From Bdellovibrionaceae bacterium UBA6776 (GTDB taxonomy: Bacteria > Bdellovibrionota > Bdellovibrionia > Bdellovibrionales > UBA1609), in assembly GCA_002453155.1 (NCBI GenBank), contig DKGG01000039.1, positions 67,714 to 131,713 of the forward strand: a DNA stretch of 64,000 bases, written 5' to 3'. Positions 20,172-28,010 of the stretch are shown here, piece by piece. Position 1 is the first letter of the stretch, and the number at the start of each line of letters is the position of its first letter. The notes under the pieces were generated by a model. The model was not told where the DNA came from. It did no database searches and saw only the letters and a program-made list of their open reading frames with translations. Made by a program: the position numbers and the translations under genes.

Positions 20172-21045
20172 ATTCCATGGTGCTGGAATGGGCGGCTTCC
20201 AGGTCGTCTGGAATGTTGTTTTTCAAAGTAAATTTCACCGGATGTTCGGTCCAACCACTTTGGCCGGGCAAATAACGAAAGTTTGAAATGGCGCGGATGG
20301 CTTCATTGTCCAATTCATCATAGCCAGAGCTTTCTGCCACTTGAATTTCTTGAACTCCGCCGTCTTCATTGACGAAGTAATTTAAAATCACCCGCCCTTG
20401 ATGACCTTGGGTCAATGCTTCTTTGGGATATCTGGGCCCTTTGTTTCCCGGAGCTTGGCTCAACCCCAAATAGGATCTCATCGGTTCGCTCTGTTCCACT
20501 TCAGAAAGAAGATCTAAGTTCTCAACCTCAGCCAACTCTGAAGGAGTTTTTGTCACTTCAGCTTGTGCTTCTGTTTGACTCTTCTCGGTTTCGGTTGGAA
20601 CAAGGGTGACTTTGTTTTTGGGAAGAGAAATTTCTTCGGAGGAATCTGAAGTGGTTTTGCTTTTCTCCGGAAGAGCAGCGCCGACGATATTTTTAGATTC
20701 TTCTTTTTTTGGTTTTACATTTTTCTGGGCAAGGACTTTTTTAGAGGACGTTTTTGAATCCTTTTTCGAGGATTTTACATCCACCTCTTTGACCACAGAT
20801 TCTACTTTGTGAAATTCAAAGTTCTCCGAAGGCTTGATGTCCGCAAGGACCTCCTCTTGAGGCAAGACTTCCACGGCTTCTTGATTTTGTGTGAGATCTA
20901 CAGCTCCAAAGATCTGTTCGCGAACCTTCAAGTAAGAGTCTTTCAATGAAAGACTTTCAGAGAAGTTCCAAAAAAGGGCACTGTGAAGGGCAATGGAAAG
21001 GCCCACCAAGGTCAATGTGCGAGCTGGGGAGTTAATAGGTTTCAT
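20170..21045 (-). CDS. TonB-family energy transducer
   Basis: N-terminal TM helix, a Lys/Glu/Pro-poor charged linker, and a C-terminal TonB domain (PRYPKEALTQGHQGRVILNYFVNEDGGVQEIQV..SGYDELDNEAI). Confidence 0.75.
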   Translation of the reverse strand: MKPINSPARTLTLVGLSIALHSALFWNFSESLSLKDSYLKVREQIFGAVDLTQNQEAVEVLPQEEVLADIKPSENFEFHKVESVVKEVDVKSSKKDSKTSSKKVLAQKNVKPKKEESKNIVGAALPEKSKTTSDSSEEISLPKNKVTLVPTETEKSQTEAQAEVTKTPSELAEVENLDLLSEVEQSEPMRSYLGLSQAPGNKGPRYPKEALTQGHQGRVILNYFVNEDGGVQEIQVAESSGYDELDNEAIRAISNFRYLPGQSGWTEHPVKFTLKNNIPDDLEAAHSSTME

Positions 21046-21092
21046 CTGATCCTCCTGAAAACGTTCAACTTAAACACCCGCTGAAAGGGGAG

Positions 21093-21109
21093 TTCAAGAT
21101 GAGTGCCGG
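21093..21109 (-). promoter_or_regulatory. Candidate sigma-54-like promoter upstream of the TonB-like gene
   Basis: The minus strand reads CCGGCAC-TCATC-TTGAA, with GG at -24 and TTGA instead of TTGC at -12. It lies 48 nt upstream of the ATG at 21045. Its format is identical to the motif at 33886-33902. Confidence 0.35.
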
Positions 21110-21113
21110 AAGC

Positions 21114-22220
21114 TCAAGATTGAATCAGATCAGCGGGAACGGAGCCGGATTTAACGGCATCGGCAAGTTTCTGGTGGTGTGCGACCATTTGTTGGAAAGC
21201 CTCTTCATTCCAATCGGGAAGAGGTTCGGAGGACAAAGTCTTCTTTTTGAGATCTAGTACTCTTTGATAGGAATCATCCACCCGTTGCGCGGTGATGACA
21301 TCATCCTTCAAGGCTTTTGCCATCGCATCCAAAGCCATTTGTGGTTTGGAAAAGTCATTGCAGTAAAGGAGCAAATCCACTCCAGCTTGAAAAGCGCGGA
21401 CGGGAATTTCTTTATCATCGTAGTGGTTTGCCAATGCCTTCATATCCAAATCGTCGCTGATGATCAGGCCTCGAAAACGGTATTCTTGCCGGAGAATGTC
21501 TTGAACAAATTTTTGCGAAAGAGTGACGGGCCAATCCTTATCGATATTTTCGAACAGAATGTGAGAGGTCATGACCATATCCAGGCGTGAGCGAAAGACC
21601 TTTTTAAATGGAACCAGCTCTCGATCTTGCAAGGTTTTGTAATCGGTGGATTCTTTGGGAAGTTCTTCGTGGGAATCTACGGAAGTGTTGCCATGCCCGG
21701 GAAAGTGTTTTGCACAGGGAATCACTCCAGATTTGATGTAACCACGAACCAAAGAAGAGGCGATCTTGGCCACTTCTTCAGGATCTGAATGGATGGAGCG
21801 ATCTCCAATCACGGGGTTTTTTGGATTTGTCAGAACATCCACGCAAGGAGCAAAATCCAAATTGATTCCAACGGACATCAACTCTTCACCCATGGAATGA
21901 GCATATTTAAAACCCAACGAGGTGGATCCAATTTCACCCAATTTTGAAAGAGGAGGCCACTGAGTAAATCCTTCTTTCAAGCGAGCCACTCGACCACCTT
22001 CTTGATCAATGCCGATAAAGAAAGGAGCATGAGAGTGAGTTTTTTTAGAAAGCTTTTGAATTTTTTGATTCAGTTCGAAAACCTGCTGAGGGCTTTCGAT
22101 GTTTCGAGAAAATAAAATCACTCCACCAATGTCATTGCGAACAATGAAGTCGGCTTCTTTTTCGGTTAAATCCTTGCCCTCAATTCCAATGATTAGCAGC
22201 TGACCAATTTTTTCGAGCAT
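21114..22220 (-). CDS. nagZ: Beta-N-acetylhexosaminidase NagZ (GH3)
   Basis: IDQEGGRV and KHFPGHGNTSVDSHEELP motifs. Confidence 0.9.
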   Translation of the reverse strand: MLEKIGQLLIIGIEGKDLTEKEADFIVRNDIGGVILFSRNIESPQQVFELNQKIQKLSKKTHSHAPFFIGIDQEGGRVARLKEGFTQWPPLSKLGEIGSTSLGFKYAHSMGEELMSVGINLDFAPCVDVLTNPKNPVIGDRSIHSDPEEVAKIASSLVRGYIKSGVIPCAKHFPGHGNTSVDSHEELPKESTDYKTLQDRELVPFKKVFRSRLDMVMTSHILFENIDKDWPVTLSQKFVQDILRQEYRFRGLIISDDLDMKALANHYDDKEIPVRAFQAGVDLLLYCNDFSKPQMALDAMAKALKDDVITAQRVDDSYQRVLDLKKKTLSSEPLPDWNEEAFQQMVAHHQKLADAVKSGSVPADLIQS

Positions 22221-22255
22221 TGGGCCTCCAAGCCTTTAAGGATAGAGGGTTTTGG

Positions 22256-23077
22256 TTAGCCTTTCAATTGGCGTCTTGGATCAAACAGGTCTCGTAAGCC
22301 GTCGCCCAACAAATTAAAACCTAAGACGAGGGTCATGATCGCAAGACCTGGGAACAAACTGACGTGTGGGGCATCAAATAAAACACGGCGCCCACTGTTT
22401 AATAAAGCGCCCCAAGAAGGAGTGGTCGAGGGAACGCCCAATCCAAGAAAACTCAAACCGGATTCAGAAATGATGGTTCCTGCCATGGCAAAAGTGGCTT
22501 GAACAAATAAGAGTCCTAATAAATTTGGCCAAATGTGAAAGACGATTTGACGTAAAGCTCCAGATCCGAGAGACCGGGAACACACAACGTATTCTTTCTC
22601 TTTCAAATACAACACTTCGCCGCGAACCAAGCGGGCGAAGCTGGCCCAACCGGTTAAGCTCATTGCGATGATGAGGTTTCTTAAAGAAGGGCCGAGCACT
22701 GCAACTAGACTTAGGGCCAACAGAAATCCAGGAAAGGCATAGACGATATCAATGGCCCTCATCAAAGAAAGGTCAATCCAGCCCCCTTTAAATCCTGCGA
22801 TGGATCCAATGATCAATCCAACAAAGGCACTGATCAAAACCACAGATCCTGCGACCAGCAAGGAAACCCTTGCTCCATAGACCACTTTAGAAAAAACATC
22901 CGATCCATTTTCATCCGTTCCAAACAGATGGTCTTTTGACGGAGAAACCAATCGATTTTCCAAGTTCATGGTGTTTGGAGATTGAGACGCAAGAAGTGGA
23001 GCAAAAAGTGCCACAGCAATCAAAAGACCAATTACAAGAGATCCGGCGGTGACAAAAATTTTGGGAAGACTTCTCAT
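22256..23077 (-). CDS. Opp/Dpp-type ABC transporter permease (C-type)
   Basis: Multi-TM protein with the N-terminal region typical of OppC/DppC and an EAA-like loop region. The start at MRSLPK abuts the upstream stop (TAGCATG). Confidence 0.85.
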   Translation of the reverse strand: MRSLPKIFVTAGSLVIGLLIAVALFAPLLASQSPNTMNLENRLVSPSKDHLFGTDENGSDVFSKVVYGARVSLLVAGSVVLISAFVGLIIGSIAGFKGGWIDLSLMRAIDIVYAFPGFLLALSLVAVLGPSLRNLIIAMSLTGWASFARLVRGEVLYLKEKEYVVCSRSLGSGALRQIVFHIWPNLLGLLFVQATFAMAGTIISESGLSFLGLGVPSTTPSWGALLNSGRRVLFDAPHVSLFPGLAIMTLVLGFNLLGDGLRDLFDPRRQLKG

Positions 23078-23078
23078 G

Positions 23079-24005
23079 CTAAGAATCCTCCAAACGAATG
23101 CGAGGATTCGCAAATCCGTAGGCCACATCAGTCAAAAAATTCACCAGAACATAAATGAAGGCAATAAATAGAACGCAACCTTGGACCACGGGGTAATCCC
23201 GTTGTTGAATGGCGGACAGCAAAAGTGTTCCGATTCCGGGCCAATCAAAAATGGTTTCGGTGATGACGGTTCCCGTAAGGAGAGCGCCCAGTTGTAAGCC
23301 CACAATTGTGATGACGGGAATTAAGGCGTTTCGGAGAGCATGAACCAAGTAGATTTTTTTTTCACCGAGACCTTTGGACCTAGCGGTGCGGATGTAATCT
23401 TCTCCAATCACCTCGAGCATTGACGCGCGAGTGACTCTTAAGGTGACGGCACTTAAGGGGATGGCCAAACTCAATGCAGGCAATACAAGGCTGTCCCATC
23501 CAGACCGTTCGCTGACAGGAAACCAATCCAGCTTCATTGAGAACAAATAGATTAAAAGTGGCGCAAGAAAGATGGCCGGGAGACTGATTCCTAAAATTCC
23601 ATAGCCTAAGCCTCCAAGGTCCACCGGAGAGTAGGGTTTTGCGCCGGCAAGTGCTCCTGTGGGAAGTCCAAACAGCAATGCCATTAAAACTGCAGAGAAT
23701 GCCAGTTCAAATGTGGCGGGGAAACGTTCGGCAATCAAAGTGGTCACGGGTTTGTGGCTTCGCAAAGAATTGCCTAAATCCCCTTGGACAAGATCTGTCC
23801 AAAATTTTAAGTACTGTGCAGAAAGGGGAGCGTCCAAATTTAAGGAAGATCTTAAATTTGCCTTATCCTCTAGGCTGGCCTGATCTCCAAGGATCAAATC
23901 CACGGGATCTCCAGGAATAAAATGAATTAAAAGGAAGCTGAGTGTACCAACGCCAATAAATACGGGAATAAGGATCAGAAGTCTTTTTAAGGTGTAACTG
24001 ATCAC
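23079..24005 (-). CDS. Opp/Dpp-type ABC transporter permease (B-type)
   Basis: MISYTLKRLLILIPVFIGV..SFLLIHFIPGDP N-terminus and DYIRTARSKGL EAA motif. Confidence 0.85.
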   Translation of the reverse strand: MISYTLKRLLILIPVFIGVGTLSFLLIHFIPGDPVDLILGDQASLEDKANLRSSLNLDAPLSAQYLKFWTDLVQGDLGNSLRSHKPVTTLIAERFPATFELAFSAVLMALLFGLPTGALAGAKPYSPVDLGGLGYGILGISLPAIFLAPLLIYLFSMKLDWFPVSERSGWDSLVLPALSLAIPLSAVTLRVTRASMLEVIGEDYIRTARSKGLGEKKIYLVHALRNALIPVITIVGLQLGALLTGTVITETIFDWPGIGTLLLSAIQQRDYPVVQGCVLFIAFIYVLVNFLTDVAYGFANPRIRLEDS

Positions 24006-24814
24006 TTGGATTCCTTTTTGGGTTCGGATTTGGCTTTTTTGTCCACGGGCTTTTGATGAAAGTGATTGGTGCGACCCAGTGGAACTTTTCCAAACAAAAG
24101 TTCAAGAGTTTTGTGTGGAACCATCATTCCCTTGGTGGCTTCAGGTGGGGTGGAGACCAATTGAGCGGTAAGTTTGTGATTGGGAACAAAGGTTCCCAAG
24201 ATTTCACCCTTTTCACTGATAAAGCTGACAAATTCATCCCCTTTGAATTTGTTCAAAATTTTGTAGGAAGGAATGCTGTTGTATTCGGTCTTTTCTTTGA
24301 CCCAAGCTTCGCCGTTGTAGTTGTTGCCATCTTCTTCGGCAATGCCTTTGTATGTAAATTTGGTTCCAATAGAGATTCCTTTTTGAAGCATGAGGTAAGT
24401 GAGGAAAGAAGAAAGAAAACTTCCCTTTGGATTTTTGAACGTGAGATTTTGAGCCTTCGTCTTTCCATCTGTGATTTTGACCTTCATGATCTGACCTTTA
24501 AATTGGGCATCAATGGTCTTTAGGTCTTCACCCACTTGGGCAGTGTAGGAATAGCTCAAAGGTTCTAATTTCTCATTCGACTGCGCTTTTAAGCTTTCTT
24601 GAGTTTTTCCGCTGGGAGTGGTGGTGGTTAGGAAGGAGAGATGTGTGAATGTTTTTGTTTTTTCATCATAGCGATACTCGATCACCATGTAACCCACATG
24701 CTTGTCGTTCAAATCTATTCGATAATAACCATCAAATAAAGTTTTGGCTTCAAGTGTGCTCGTTAAAAGAGCCAGACCAAAGAAGAGGAATATCAGCGTC
24801 TTAGAGATCTTCAT
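24002..24814 (-). CDS. Hypothetical secreted protein, first gene of the permease operon
   Basis: Signal peptide MKISKTLIFLFFGLALLTSTLEA. It overlaps the permease gene by 4 nt. At 270 aa it is too small, and does not resemble, a family-5 substrate-binding protein. Confidence 0.5.
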   Translation of the reverse strand: MKISKTLIFLFFGLALLTSTLEAKTLFDGYYRIDLNDKHVGYMVIEYRYDEKTKTFTHLSFLTTTTPSGKTQESLKAQSNEKLEPLSYSYTAQVGEDLKTIDAQFKGQIMKVKITDGKTKAQNLTFKNPKGSFLSSFLTYLMLQKGISIGTKFTYKGIAEEDGNNYNGEAWVKEKTEYNSIPSYKILNKFKGDEFVSFISEKGEILGTFVPNHKLTAQLVSTPPEATKGMMVPHKTLELLFGKVPLGRTNHFHQKPVDKKAKSEPKKESK

Positions 24815-24883
24815 TCTTATTATTCTCAGAAAGAGTCGAGGAGGAGTCAAAAAAAAATCCGAATTCATATAATATGGACATCT

Positions 24884-26884
24884 ATGGGTTTTCCAGGGTC
24901 GAGTTCACTTCGCAATCAGCGAGGACAATCTGCAATTTTTGTGGCGTTGATGTTCAACGTGCTCTTTGTCTTCTTCGCCATGGCCATCAATGTGGCCATG
25001 GTGGTTCACGACAAAATCAATCTGCAGAACTCCGTGGATATGGGTGTGTATTACGCCGCAGAAAAACAAGCGGAACTTTTGAATGTGATTGCCCATCAGA
25101 ATTATATGATTCGTCAGTCATGGAAGTTGCTTTCTTGGAGATACAGAGTCCTAGGGACAATGGGTTTGGACACTCATCCGGTGTCAAATAATGAAATTTC
25201 AGATGTTTCCTATGGGCCTGCGGCCACTCCTTCCCTCTGCATGAATGACGGAACCACTTGGGAAGAGGTGGCAGAACTCAGCAGCGGAGATCCGGACTCC
25301 ATTCAGAACCTCTGTCGAGAACAAAAAACTGCAATTCCACCTCTGCCGAAAGTCAAAGTCATCGCTGGATTCTTGGGAATTAACCATGGAATTGCGGCTC
25401 TGGCGGAACAACTTCGCACTCAGTATGCCAAGGACTGTGACAACAACGGAGCTTTCAATTGGTGGTTTTCTGCGAGTATTCTTCATGCATTTCGAATCGA
25501 CCAACGCAATCGAAAGCGGGTGATGTATGGAGTGGCCCAAGGTCTTTCCAGGCATCAAAATGACTTTGTGGATTTGGATGGGAATTCGGTCTTGGAAGGG
25601 GTTCGTCAGACCATTTTAAAGAATCTGACTTTTGCTAACCGAGAAAAGGGAGTGGACATTCAACTGTTCAATTCCTTGGGTGGAGTTCCCTACCAGAGTT
25701 GGTTGTCCGAAGTCCAAATAGCCCCAACTATAGTGTATACAGATATTGAGGATCGGGAAGGTTGTTATGGGTATCCTCAAACGGTTCAGAATTTGCCAGC
25801 TAGACAATCAGCAAGAGAAGCCGTTATGGGAGGATTGTCGGGTGGGGATCTGATCCCTTGGTTTAACCCTTCGAGTGATGGAATTCTTCCTGGGGATTTT
25901 CAATACTCCATGGGTGTGGAAAAGAACCCATGGGTCATGGCCTATGTGGGAGTGAAGGTTCAAACCAATCCGCGACAGGTCTTTTTTCCTGTGGCGGGAA
26001 ATTTACCTACAGTGGCAAGGGCTTTTGCGAAGCCTTTTGGAGGACGCATCGGTCCTTGGTACAAAGACAAATGGGACCGAGGGTCCCAGGAATCTTCTGG
26101 GCAAGTGGTTGATGCTCTTTTGCCTCCTCGGGTTTCTGTAACAAATTTAAATGGGTCTGAGGATACTCGCCGGCTTCCCAATTACTCTCGATATCCGGGT
26201 GACACTTTGGGGATGACATCAAAGATGTCTCAGAACAGCTTGGCAGGATTGAACACCTTGAAGGCGAGGTATGACTATTATCGAAATATCAAAGCCGATT
26301 TTTCTGTAGGCGGCGTGAATGACATCTTGGCTTGGGACTCGGTTTCGAACAAATCGCCCCAGATCAGAGAGTTTGAATTGGCGGCCATTGCGCCGGATCT
26401 TTTCGACATCACCTATTATTCCATTGAACCCAACTTTTCTGAAAACTACTTGGCTCGCCTGAAAGCAAATAAAGTAAGGCTAGGAATTCCGGCAGATGCC
26501 CCCGTTCGATCGGATTTGGGAAGCAACTCCAACATCATTCCTGCATTTTCAATTCAGAACCAAATGGCTCTAGTTGCAAATCGTCAACGATCGGAACCCT
26601 ATTATTTTGTTCGCGATAAGGCGCACCTTTTAACATCTTGGGTGCCGGGACCAGGAACTTACAATTATGACGCCAGTGCAGCCGTTCCTTTTTTTGGAAA
26701 TTGCAAAGTCACGGATGATGGTTTCAAAGTGAAAAACCCTGGATCTTGTGTGGCTGGTGGCGGCCGAACCGGGTATTCCGTGAAACTGGTTTCTAGAGAT
26801 TATCTTTTGTCCAACCAGATTCGTGCCGGGGGTCCTTCTGCGTCTCCCAATGGAATTTTGAATCCTCCACCCGAAGATTGGTGA
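24884..26884 (+). CDS. TadG-like protein (Flp pilus-assembly TadE/G-like N-terminal domain), 666 aa
   Basis: N-terminal RGQSAIFVALMFNVLFVFFAMAINVAMVVHDKINLQNSVDMGVYYAA matches the Tad_N/TadG-type hydrophobic segment plus LQ..D.A motif. I recognised nothing in the rest of the protein. Confidence 0.6.
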   Translation: MGFPGSSSLRNQRGQSAIFVALMFNVLFVFFAMAINVAMVVHDKINLQNSVDMGVYYAAEKQAELLNVIAHQNYMIRQSWKLLSWRYRVLGTMGLDTHPVSNNEISDVSYGPAATPSLCMNDGTTWEEVAELSSGDPDSIQNLCREQKTAIPPLPKVKVIAGFLGINHGIAALAEQLRTQYAKDCDNNGAFNWWFSASILHAFRIDQRNRKRVMYGVAQGLSRHQNDFVDLDGNSVLEGVRQTILKNLTFANREKGVDIQLFNSLGGVPYQSWLSEVQIAPTIVYTDIEDREGCYGYPQTVQNLPARQSAREAVMGGLSGGDLIPWFNPSSDGILPGDFQYSMGVEKNPWVMAYVGVKVQTNPRQVFFPVAGNLPTVARAFAKPFGGRIGPWYKDKWDRGSQESSGQVVDALLPPRVSVTNLNGSEDTRRLPNYSRYPGDTLGMTSKMSQNSLAGLNTLKARYDYYRNIKADFSVGGVNDILAWDSVSNKSPQIREFELAAIAPDLFDITYYSIEPNFSENYLARLKANKVRLGIPADAPVRSDLGSNSNIIPAFSIQNQMALVANRQRSEPYYFVRDKAHLLTSWVPGPGTYNYDASAAVPFFGNCKVTDDGFKVKNPGSCVAGGGRTGYSVKLVSRDYLLSNQIRAGGPSASPNGILNPPPEDW

Positions 26885-26888
26885 TTTT

Positions 26889-26903
26889 GTCTCAAATTGA
26901 GAC
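26889..26903. promoter_or_regulatory. Palindrome GTCTCAAATTGAGAC (copy 2 of 3)
   Basis: It begins 5 nt after the TadG-like stop codon and about 115 nt upstream of the next ATG (27018). Confidence 0.4.
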
Positions 26904-27017
26904 ACTCTTTCGGGCTTGGGCAAATTTTTAAACCCAGACTGGTCGAAGGTCTTAAGTTTCAAAATGATATGGCCGATGAGTTTTTCAGTGGGTTTGAAAA
27001 AGAGAGAGGTCATATCT

Positions 27018-28010
27018 ATGCAAGAAATCAAAGTCCTCATTCTGGGAGTTCTTATTGCTTTCGGAGGGCAGACCTTTGCTCAATCCAATTCCGCTTTAAC
27101 AGGTGCCGCCGCTCAAAGCCTTCGACAAAATGCCTTGGCGGAACGTCATGCCAACACCGAAGAAGTTTCTACCGCTTCGGAAGCTGTTCGCGAAGAAATC
27201 AATACGGCTCCCACCAGTGACTCTGTGAACCAATCTGCAAGCAAAGGAAAAAGCTCTCAAGGCGCAGGACAAATGATGAATATGTTGGCTGCCGCGGCGT
27301 TAATGGCAGCCTGCGCAGCATCTTGTCCGAAGTGCCAAATGGAATTGTGTGCAATGGGCGCATTGGCCGCAGCTCAAGGTGCTCATGATGGGGATGCCGC
27401 AAATCAATCTGCGGATTCTTACAAAGCCAGCCAATACAAATCACACGCTTTAAATCCAGCTGCCGTTCCTGGGAGCGGAGAAGCGGCCTATACGGATCCT
27501 CAAATTGCTGAAGGAATGAATAAGTTGAAAGATGCCGGTTACAAAGTGACGGAAAAAGGAGTTACATTTCCCGACGGGACTTTTCAGCCTGCATCTGCAT
27601 TCAATTCGGGAAGTTCCATGCTTGCCGCGGGAATGGATCCGGATGCTGCAGCTGCGGCCGACAACGTGATGAAAAAGATCAACAAAGAATTGAGCCAGTA
27701 CAGTGTTTCCTCCATGGCGGTGGATTCTGCCGGTGGATCGGGATCCGGTGGCGGCGGAGGGTCCTATGGAAGTTCCGATTACAGTTCTTTTAAAATGCCA
27801 AAGTTCAAAAGTCCTTTCGCCAACCAAGACAGTAAAAAACTTTTGGCAGGAAAGTCTGTCATGGTCGGTGGCGAACCCATTGGCGTAAAAGGTGACAACC
27901 TGTTTGATATGGTTCATCGCGCTTACCAGAAAAAACGAAATCGTCGCCAATTTATGGAGTCTTCTAAATCGGGGCGCCTTCCTGCAAGCATGACGGAAGA
28001 GGGGCTATGA
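27018..28010 (+). CDS. Secreted low-complexity protein (Ala/Met/Gly/Ser-rich, one Cys cluster)
   Basis: A GAGAGAGG RBS precedes the ATG. Signal peptide MQEIKVLILGVLIAFGGQTFAQ; QMMNMLAAAALMAACAASCPKCQMELC segment; GGSGSGGGGGS run. Confidence 0.5.
   Translation: MQEIKVLILGVLIAFGGQTFAQSNSALTGAAAQSLRQNALAERHANTEEVSTASEAVREEINTAPTSDSVNQSASKGKSSQGAGQMMNMLAAAALMAACAASCPKCQMELCAMGALAAAQGAHDGDAANQSADSYKASQYKSHALNPAAVPGSGEAAYTDPQIAEGMNKLKDAGYKVTEKGVTFPDGTFQPASAFNSGSSMLAAGMDPDAAAAADNVMKKINKELSQYSVSSMAVDSAGGSGSGGGGGSYGSSDYSSFKMPKFKSPFANQDSKKLLAGKSVMVGGEPIGVKGDNLFDMVHRAYQKKRNRRQFMESSKSGRLPASMTEEGL

Noticed and set aside
24868-24884. A TATAAT hexamer 10 nt upstream of the TadG-like ATG, suggesting a leaderless transcript.
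   Set aside because: It is a single hexamer match in AT-rich DNA with no recognisable -35 element. It cannot be supported without transcription start site data.
26967-26985. TGGCCG-ATGAG-TTTTT upstream of the 27018 secreted-protein gene, considered as a sigma-54 promoter.
   Set aside because: There is no G or C at the -12 dinucleotide position, so only the GG half matches.
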